A stretch of 64,000 nucleotides of DNA. It comes from Chrysomallon squamiferum (taxonomy: Eukaryota; Animalia; Mollusca). How positions within the stretch are numbered: position 1 is the stretch's first letter; every line of letters begins with the position of its first letter. Of the stretch, positions 54,344 through 64,000 are shown in pieces. Location: positions 17,484,001 to 17,548,000 of the forward strand of contig CM022671.1 of the NCBI GenBank assembly GCA_012295275.1. Reading direction: 5' to 3'. Both the position numbers and the translations under genes were made by a program. The notes under the pieces are model-generated. The model was not told where the DNA came from. It ran no database searches and worked only from the letters and a program-made list of their open reading frames with translations.

Positions 54344-55535
54344 ATGAAGATTAACAAAAATATGAACCAATATTTTAAAGCAAACGTAATAATTTCTATG
54401 AATTTATCTTCGTCAGTGTCCAAATAAACATTTTGTTAGATATATTTTTGACCTATATTAAAATTTGAATCGTAACAATTGTCATAAAATGACTTTAATT
54501 GAAAATTAAATTTTAGAAATCACTTTCTATGTTCATATTCTTGAAAAAAGTACATTATAGAAGAAAACAGAAATCAGATGTTTTTACTATAAACTGACTG
54601 TCAGTTAATTGAAAAACCAGACACCAGATAATAATAAAAATAATGAAGTATAAAAAGATTCTGCATCTGGAAATATTTACGTCTAACAGTCTTGGTCTGA
54701 ACTCTTTGGCAAAGTCTTAGGTTGCATGCTTGGATATTGAGCATGCCAAAAACGATGGTTTAGTTTATTGGTATGGTGAAGCTAGTATTGTGAAAAACTC
54801 TGAAACTAAGGATTTTGTTTCACTCTAAGGTAAAAAGCGTGCATGGTGTCTACACTAATGTATTGATAAAAAGAAATAAAAAACAGAATATCTCTTTAAG
54901 AACATTTATATTTTAAAAAATACATTAAACTGTTTTATTATTATTTTCTTTTATTATTAAGATTATGTTTGTGGTACGATTGTTATTTTTATTATTATTA
55001 TTGTTGTTGTTGTTTTTGTTAATATTTTTATTTATTTATTTATTTATTTTTAATGGACTAAAGTTTGTATGTTAAAAAATATATATTTTTTCTTTTTTAC
55101 TTTCTTTATTTTATTTAATTTTTTTTTTTTTTTTTAAGGGCAGGTGATATAAAACTGTTTCGAATCCCAAAAGCAAAGAAAATACTAGTTGAAATGTAAA
55201 TTAATAATTCTATTTAATTTAATTTATTTCAATTTAATTTAATTTTATTTAATTTTATTTAATTTTATTTCATTTTATTCGTTTTTATTCAGTTCATTGT
55301 AATTTTATTCCCTTCCATCTAATTTAATTAAGTTTTCTTTAATTATATTTTATTAATTTTTCTTTAAGGCAATGATTTAATTTAACTTAAGCTAGCTTAA
55401 TTATTTCCATAAAAGTGTAAGAAAGAGTTAATTCAAAGCATAAATGTATGATTCTAGCTGTAGAATTGACAACCTAAACATTCATCAACATAATTTATCC
55501 TCCGAACTAATGTTGCTACAAGAATAATTTTACAG

Positions 55536-55621
<86 letters not shown>

Positions 55622-55902
55622 TTTTTTTTAATATGGATAAATTACATTTATTTCACTTGAGCTAAATTGTAGCTAAATTTCTACAAATATAAATATTAAG
55701 GAAAATATAAGCATGAATTAATTTCTATAGATTTCTGAAACCTAATTTTTGATCTGCATAATTTTACATGCATATCTAATTCAGTTCAGTCATTTAAAAT
55801 GTTTAGGCACGTTTGTCGTGGGTTTACAATAAATTAATTTATCTAAGCAAATTTGTATCAAAGATAATTCACAGTAATGATCAATCATTTTATTTATTAT
55901 TA

Positions 55903-55949
<47 letters not shown>

Positions 55950-56459
55950 GCTTTGATTTATTTATTTATTTATTTATTCTTAAAGTAGTTAAAACACAAC
56001 CAGATGACTAGCAAAAGAAATTTTTTCTTCTTTTTTTTACCCAATATTAATTATAATTATTATGCAGAATAATAAATTATTTTTAAATACTAATTATATA
56101 TGAAGAAGATATTAATCATTTTTAACCATATTTACTGCTACTACTAATAATTTCAAATGTTATATTAAAAATGCATCAACTTAAATTTAGCATATTTTAA
56201 ATATATTTATTTATGATATTTTAGATCATTTTAATGTTTAACCGGCATTTATGTCATGATATTTATAAAAAGCTGAAAAAAAAAAAGACCTGCAATAAAT
56301 TATGACTGTATTCAGATTAATGGCAAATGAAATTAAGTTACTTTCATTAAATGTATGTTAACTATCATTTCTGCAAGACAAATGCGTTAAAAAAAAAATA
56401 ATAAAATTAAAAAAAAAAAATAGTAATAATATATATATTATATTATATAATAATAATAA

Positions 56460-56511
<52 letters not shown>

Positions 56512-56811
56512 AAACAATAAATAAATAAATAAATAGAAAAGAAAAGACTATCTAACTACGAAATTAAACATTTCACGTATAAGGAATACAACATCACAGC
56601 GATAAACAGTAGGGTAAGTAATACAGGTGGTAATACTAAATACGATCGACATTAATGAAACTGTATATCTAATTACATTCATGCAACCAGCGCTTCATAA
56701 ACTACAATTATGACATGAAAGAATGAGACTAAGTTAATTTTTTTTTTTAAATAATTAACGTGAGACAATGATCTAAAATTGTATTAATGTATTGACTCAT
56801 CTATCACTGAA

Positions 56812-56850
<39 letters not shown>

Positions 56851-58812
56851 TATAAAGTTGTTTAAGACCACAAAAGATACAAACGTTATTAGACGTTGTT
56901 ATTTATGTTTATTAATTTACAATAAAGTCAATTAGTAACGTGAAATGTTTCCTGTGTTAATAACTTGCTATGCTTCCCGTGTTAATAACGTAATTTGTTT
57001 TGTCTGTTAAAAACGTAATACGTTTCCTGTGTTAATAACAACTTAATATGTTTCCTGTGTTAATAACAACTTAATGTATTTCCTGTGTTAATAAAGCAAT
57101 GTTTTATGTGTCGTTAAAGTAATTCTTCCTATGTTAACAACGTATCGTTTCTTGCATTAGTAGTAGCTGAATATATGAGTCCTATGTTAATGATATATTT
57201 AATAACTAAATGAATGATGACGTACTGTTGTCTTCTCGAGACAGCTCAGCAGATGGTGATGCTGTAGTTGGAAGATGTCCTCTTTGAAGTCGTCCAGTGA
57301 GAGGCCACTCTCTTGGGCCAACATCATTTCTTGGATCCTCTTTTTACTATTTAAAAATGCTGCTCCGCTAGCATTCTTTGCCATGCGAATACGAGCCAAG
57401 CGGGCGACCTGTGAAAATCGAAATGTAAACGTAAATATGTATTTTATTACAGTGAAAACTGAAATGTAAACGTAAATATATAATTTGCTACAGTGGAAAC
57501 TAAAATGCAAATGTAAATATATATTTTGCTACAGTGAAAACTGAAATGCAAACGTAAATATATATTTTACTACAGTGAAAACTGAAATGCAAACGTAAAT
57601 ATATATTTCATTACAGTGAAAACTGAAATGCAAACGTAAATATATATTTTATTACAGTGAAAACTGAAATGTAAACGTAAATATATATTTTGCTACAGTG
57701 AAAACTGAAATGCAAACGTAAATATATAATTTGCTACAGTGAAAACTGAAATGTAAACGTAAATATGTATTTTAATACAGTGAAAACTGAAATGTAAACG
57801 TAAATATATATTTTATTACTGTGGAAACTGAAATGTAAACGTAAATATATATTTTTTTACTGTGGAAACTGAAATGTAAACGTAAATATATATTTTATTA
57901 CAGTGAAAACTGAAATGTAAACGTAAATATATATTTTATTACTGTGGAAACTGAAATGTAAGCGTAAATATATATTTTGCTACATTGAAAACTGAAATGT
58001 AAACGTAAATATATATTTTGTTACAGTGGAAATTGAAATGCAAATGTAAATATACATTTTGCTATTGTGGAAACTGAAAGATAATGCAAATATATATTTT
58101 GCTATAGTGGAAATTGAAACGTAACTGTAAATATGTATTTTGCAGCAGTATGTAGATTAAAAAGTGTAATTTTAACTTTTATAAAAATTAAAATATGAAC
58201 ATAAGGTATGCAGTTTTGAATCTGATAAATTTATATGTGCTGATAATATGTTTATTTATTTATTATTTGTTACGTTTATTACGTTGCAAAAACAGTTGAA
58301 CATTTTTACTATGAAAGCTAACACGAGTCATCTCCCTTAGATCACGCTATCGTTTCGTTAGCTCGATTATCTCAATAATCATTCAAATCGTTAAGCGAAA
58401 TAAAGTCAAACCATTTTGATCTGTAAACAGTTTTGCAGTGAATTTTTAACAAACCACAGCTGATTATGCTGTATAAAATGCACTGTTAATACGCTTATCC
58501 TACATAATTTAACGAATCGATAAATCGTTATAATTATACTGTAATTGATTATTTGTCTTTTGGGACTTTTTTTTTTTTTGTTTTTAAATTAGATTTTTGA
58601 AGGGAGAAGGGAAAGATATTACATTTGACGCATTTTGTTTTCAATTATATAGCATTGGACGAATTTTAAGGACCATTCTGATTGAAAACAGACAGGAAAC
58701 CCGCAGTCGCCATTTCATGAGTTACTCTTTCCGACTAGCAGTAAAATATCCTTTTTGGGCACCATCCCACAGACAGGAGAATGCATAACACACGTACTAT
58801 ACTATTACAACA

Positions 58813-58857
<45 letters not shown>

Positions 58858-58892
58858 TGTTGTTGTTGTTGTTATTATTATTATTGTTATTG

Positions 58893-58935
<43 letters not shown>

Positions 58936-59245
58936 CATCATCATTATCATCGGTAGTAGTAGTAGTAGTTGTTGTTGTCGCCCTATTAGAAGCAGCATTT
59001 ACCTTAGCAGTACATATTCATTAAGTAATACATCTGGGTGAAAAAAAAGGTCAGTTTCTTTTGCCTTCAGTTCTTACAAAATAATTCTGCCCGTTTAACT
59101 CGAAATCGTTGGTTAATAATTAAATAACAGCGGCGAGTAGGAAATGTGAAACAATTTATTTCCATAGCATAAAAATTTCAAACCCAAAACTAGCAAACAT
59201 GAAGACAAGTTAATACAAGGTCGAACATATTCTTTTTTTTATTAT

Positions 59246-59278
<33 letters not shown>

Positions 59279-59609
59279 TTTTTTTTTCGTTGCAGTCTGT
59301 ATATATATCTGTACATTCATTACTTAGTGTAGCCATAAAATATTAACTTATGACGTCATCGCCGCGTTATCAAGCCGTGTATGTTGTTCGTATTAAACAC
59401 GAAAACAAACGAAAACATAAATAGTTCCAATATACGTCATAGGTGCCGCGTTCAGTTTACAGCATATTCCCCAAGTATACTTGTTTTCATTAAAGGTAAA
59501 ATGAATAAATTCATTGATGATTGGCAACTCACCCGATATAAATTTCCCAGAACACTTCACTTATCAAATATTTATAATGCAACATGATGGTGTCGATATC
59601 AGAGAAGGG

Positions 59610-59640
<31 letters not shown>

Positions 59641-59708
59641 AGAAAAAAAAAAGATATAAATAAACTCTGTGTGTGTGTGTGTGTGAAATTTATTTGTTAT
59701 TATTTTTG

Positions 59709-59780
<72 letters not shown>

Positions 59781-59864
59781 GCGTAAATAAATAAATAAAT
59801 AAATAAGAGACACTATTACGTAAATGTTAGTAAAACTCTCTTTTCTACCTTTTATTCTTGTTCG

Positions 59865-59895
<31 letters not shown>

Positions 59896-60095
59896 TTCAC
59901 GTTTCTAAAAAGCTGACCAGGAGACTCAGCGAGCGAGACACGTGCACAATCAACATGCATCCCCAGCGGACGTGTTTGTAATCGATTAACTGAAGAAAAT
60001 GTTTAAAACGAAAAACCGTTTCTTCCCTTCTGAGGTATATCATGACATTTCAATGTGAAATCATTACATGTATTAACAGCAGCAACAAGAACAGC

Positions 60096-60175
<80 letters not shown>

Positions 60176-60499
60176 GATAATAATAATATTATAGTAGTTG
60201 TAGTAGTTGTAGCAGAAGCAGTTTTAGTATTATCAGTGGTAGTGATAGTAGTAGTAGTAGTAATTAATGATGATAATAATAATAATAATAATAATGATGA
60301 TGATAATAAATAAATAAATAATAATGATAATAATAATACTCTAGTAGTTGTAGTAGTAGTAGCAGCAGAAGCAGTTATAGTATTATCAGTGGTAGTGGTA
60401 GTGGTAGTGGTAGTAGTAGTACTAATAGTAGTAATTAATAATAGTAGTATTAGCAGTAGTAGTAGCAGAACAGCAGTAATAATGATAATGATGATGATG

Positions 60500-60554
<55 letters not shown>

Positions 60555-61244
60555 ACAACAACAAAAATACCAAAATAATACTGATACGATGTATTAATGG
60601 AAATGGTATTAATTTATTTCTATTCTCTTTCTGATAGTGGATTTATCCGCTTTAAAAAATAGAAAAAACCCACAAAAACACAAAAACTTGGTTTCCCTTT
60701 CTAGCCGTTTATAACACTAATCATCTCAGAACATATCAGTTCGACTTAAAAATGCACGTATATTTTCCAACATGAACGATGTAAGAATAATTAGCTCTGA
60801 CAGCGTGTGTCCAGTTTCAAAACTCTGTAAGCTCTGGGGATTCTAATAATAGAACGGGAAAAAAGCGACCCTATAAGAGAAAAGGTATGGCCGACTGTTT
60901 CGTCAATGTCAGAACAAATTCCCAGACCACCGCACAGCGCGACTGATAGCTCTTGTCTAACGTCCAGTGAAACCAAGGAGGGAGAAGAGTCGTGACGAAG
61001 TTTTCAAACACGGCGAGGAAGGTTCCGAGATCGATGCTTCCCGAGTCGACTCATGAATGATGATGATTACGATATGACGTATCTGGACTTTGGAAATATA
61101 ACTGTATATTTTGTTTGTTTGTTTGTTTGTTTGTTTGTTTCTTTGATTGTTTGTTTGTTTGTTTATTTTATTTTGTGTTATTTATTATGTTATTTTATTT
61201 ATTATGATATTATTATCATCATCATCATTATCACTTTTCTTTTA

Positions 61245-61280
<36 letters not shown>

Positions 61281-61849
61281 TTTTTTTTTTTTTTTATTTA
61301 TTTATTTTTTTTATATGTATACTGCTACATTGTTGTTGTTGTTATTTGTGTTGTTTTACCGGTTTGTTTATTTCTTATTTCGTTTTTGTTTTCATTTTCT
61401 TTTTTTTCTAACATATTATAAAAGATTTTTTTTTATTTACCTATCTATTTAGCTATAATTTATCTATAAACGGAAAATTGTCTTAAAGATAAAAATGAAA
61501 TAATGAATAAATAACTGGATGGGTGGACGTATGGGTCGATAGACTGACAGAGAGAAATAAATATGGAGATAAAAAGAGACAGACTTATATAAACAGAAGG
61601 AACGATAGATAGATACATACATACATACATACACTGACACATACACAGACAGACAGACAGACAGATAACGAGTAAAACACACTTACTTTTTGAGCTTTTC
61701 GTTTGTCTGCCCGCTGGTTTTGGTGGTAAATGCGGCTGAAATTGGACACTATGACTGGTACAGGAAGAGCTATAACTAACACACCACTCAGAGAACAAAC
61801 CCCACCAACGATTTTGCCAGTGATTGTTTTCGGAACTATATCACCATAA
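49512..61849 (-). CDS. Shal: Shal/Kv4 (KCND family) voltage-gated K+ channel, 3' partial gene span (4 clear exons; T1 and S1-S5 exons lie outside the window)
   Basis: (G)YGDIVPKT...[48 protein letters not shown] and C-terminal VVRISTL are Kv4 signatures. GT-AG junctions keep the frame. Confidence 0.95.
50837..51004 (-). CDS. Shal: Shal exon: distal C-terminus
   Basis: ccgcag|GAT AGG...AAA AAA|gtaaat, 168 nt; [26 protein letters not shown]...SGCCASR... (DREF and CC motifs typical of Shal). Confidence 0.88.
53395..53400 (-). CDS. Candidate 6-nt Shal microexon (Gly-Arg)
   Basis: Minus strand: gtactaag catgtctgcatgcag|GGAAGG|gtaagc. Phase 0 and frame-preserving between EKTT and DREF. Confidence 0.5.
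53690..54090. repeat. Degenerate tandem repeat (~56-bp unit at the right end)
   Basis: Recurring ctgttgattaaggatagtac...gttgagtttgttgataatcattgttgag. Confidence 0.7.
56940..57195. repeat. ~27-bp degenerate minisatellite just past the Shal exon donor
   Basis: Recurring tttcctgtgttaataac. Confidence 0.75.
57226..57408 (-). CDS. Shal: Shal exon: C-terminus with HHHLL di-leucine motif
   Basis: ttcacag|GTC...ACAACA|gtacgt, 183 nt; [23 protein letters not shown]...[18 protein letters not shown]. Confidence 0.94.
57409..58143. repeat. 41-bp minisatellite (~18 copies) abutting the Shal exon acceptor
   Basis: Consensus cagtgaaaactgaaatgtaaacgtaaatatatattttatta; units start at 57450, 57491, 57532... 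Confidence 0.93.
61687..61849 (-). CDS. Shal: Shal exon: selectivity-filter end, S6, proximal C-terminus
   Basis: ttttacag|T TAT GGT GAT...CAA AAA|gtaagt, 163 nt. The intron splits the first Gly codon of GYG, as in vertebrate KCND genes. The PVP gating hinge is present. Confidence 0.96.
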
Positions 61850-62580
61850 CTGTAAAATAAAAAATATAACAACACATTGAAATAAAATAACTGTAAAATA
61901 TATACACAGTTCATTTAAATACAATAACTGTAAAATATAACCTATTTAAATGTAATAATTTTAAAATAAATAAAAAAACACATTGAAATAAAATGACTGT
62001 AAAATATATACACAGTTCATTTAAATACCATAACTGGAAAGTAAAACATATCTCATTTAAATACCATAACAGAAATATAAAAAATATAATGAAATTAAAT
62101 GACTAAAATAACACAGTTCATTTAAAATAAAACATATCTCATTTAAATACCATAACAGTTAAATCTATTTAAATTTAACAACTGTAAAATTTAAATACAA
62201 CAAAATAAACCGTAAAATAAAACAGATCTCATTTAAATACCATAACTGTAAAATATAACAACACGTTTAAATAAATAATTATAAATAAAACATAGATAAA
62301 TGTATATCAAAACATGACACATTTAAATAATGACAGATGCAATATCTGTAAAATAAAAGAGAACACAATAACTAACTATAAAATAAACCATAACGCATTT
62401 AAATACAAACATAGTAGCTGTAAAATAAAACAACACATTTAAATACTGTAAAATAAAACACAGCACATTTAAAATACTGTAAAACATAATAACTGTAAAA
62501 CAAAACAATACATTTAAATACTGTAAAATAAAATAGAGCTTATTTATATACTCCGATATAACAACCGTAAAATAAAACAT
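61850..62580. repeat. Degenerate repeat array containing copies of the pore-exon acceptor
   Basis: Many copies of (c/a)ataactgtaaaata and catttaaatac. Confidence 0.75.
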
Positions 62581-64000
62581 TTAGCACTTCAGAATAGAGT
62601 CGAAAAGTAATAATTCTTTTAATAATGAAAGAGCAAGTGACTGAATGTACGGTGTGAGTTGTTTTCAGGAAATATTATAATTGTGAACTCGTATCTCAAG
62701 AGCAAAACGGATAAATAATGAATGACTGAATAAATGAACGAACGAACGAGTTGATGAACACAAAAAGAAATTAAGGAAAGTATGACTCATTCATGTATTA
62801 ACGGATATTATTATACAGGCGTAAATTACATAAGTAATAATAAATAATAAGAGAAAACACGATTAGCTCCCTTGAAAAAAAAAACCCCCAAAACATCTAT
62901 TACTTCGATATGTCAATCGATTAACAGTGTTCGAACGGGAAATGAGAGAACTTTATTTATAAAGACGTATATTAAAACACGATTGAGAATATATATATTT
63001 TGACATTTGTTCCAGATTGCCATTGCTCTAACTAAACATATTAATAATGAATAATTAAAAGTAATTAACTCCGGCTGACTTTCATTGTCCCTGTAGTATT
63101 GTAGCTCGGGTCAGGCAACACAGCAAATTGAAATTATAACACGTTGCTTTAATTAAGAAAACTGCTTGGAGTCGTGTGCTGTCTGTACATGTGATGTTCT
63201 AATGAACAGAAATTCTTAATCGTCTCTCGTGCAAAAGTCAAGAGAAAAACAATTACTTACAAGACACGATCACGTTTCTACGCTAATGCAATGACGATGA
63301 TTATGATGATAACAGCAATAATGATAATAATGAAGATGATGATCATGATGATAATATATCAATAATGAAGACGATGATCATGATGATGATAACAATAATA
63401 GTAATGACGATAATGATGATTATGATAATAACGTTGATGACAGTAATAATAATGCTTATTGTTATTACCATCACCATCATTATCATTATTTCTGACGTCA
63501 TCATTATCATCGTCATCAATTTGTTATTATTACGAATATGATGAGGGAGCTGGTACTTAAGATGATATTATTTATCCACAATAAACAAACAAATAAATAA
63601 ATAATCATTTAAAGCGGCTCAGGTGACAATGAAACATCAACTGTTTAAATATTAACTGCAGCTTTACAAAGCATTGGCAATAATTATAATACACATATTT
63701 CTTCTTGTTTGTTTGTTTTATCTTTTATCTTTTTTCTTTTTTTTTTTTCTTGTTGTTGCTTTATTGTTATTATTATTATTATTATTAAATTATTTATTTA
63801 TTTATTATTTATTTGTTAAAAGCATGTTATAAAATGGAATGAAATGCCGTACTGTTACACGTTCAGTTTAAATAAACAGTTGCATGGTTCGGATAATATT
63901 ATTGTCAATACTTTATATTTGATGTACTAAAATACCCACGAATCTTATTAACCGTATTAGAGTAAATTTTCGATTTCTGAACCCGATTATTTGATGAAAC

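Noticed and set aside
60791-60976. 61-aa ORF as a mutually exclusive copy of the S6 exon
   Set aside because: It has no real similarity to pore/S6, an in-frame stop upstream and no suitable acceptor.

Overview
AT-rich, microsatellite-dense eukaryotic DNA. An invertebrate source is likely; mollusc/cephalopod is an inference from repeat style and protein similarity. Two intron-rich genes lie head-to-tail on the minus strand. (1) A complete 12-coding-exon soluble guanylate cyclase of the beta-2 type (CDS 30495->5475, 638 aa by manual splicing) has H-NOX, PAS/H-NOBA, coiled-coil and cyclase domains and ends in a CCIS CaaX box. (2) The 3' part of a Shal/Kv4 potassium channel runs from the pore/S6 exon to the stop (61849->49512); its 5' exons lie beyond the window. 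The sGC introns hold a decayed RTE-X-like LINE, a Tigger/pogo remnant and a Tc1/mariner-type MITE with a nested Academ-like element. Most ORFs in the supplied track are microsatellite artefacts. The best leads are candidate 6-nt and 9-nt neural-type microexons and alternative terminal exons in the Shal introns, tandem arrays built from Shal's own splice acceptors, and the prenylation/heme-pocket features of the sGC. I see no evidence for a wholly new gene system.
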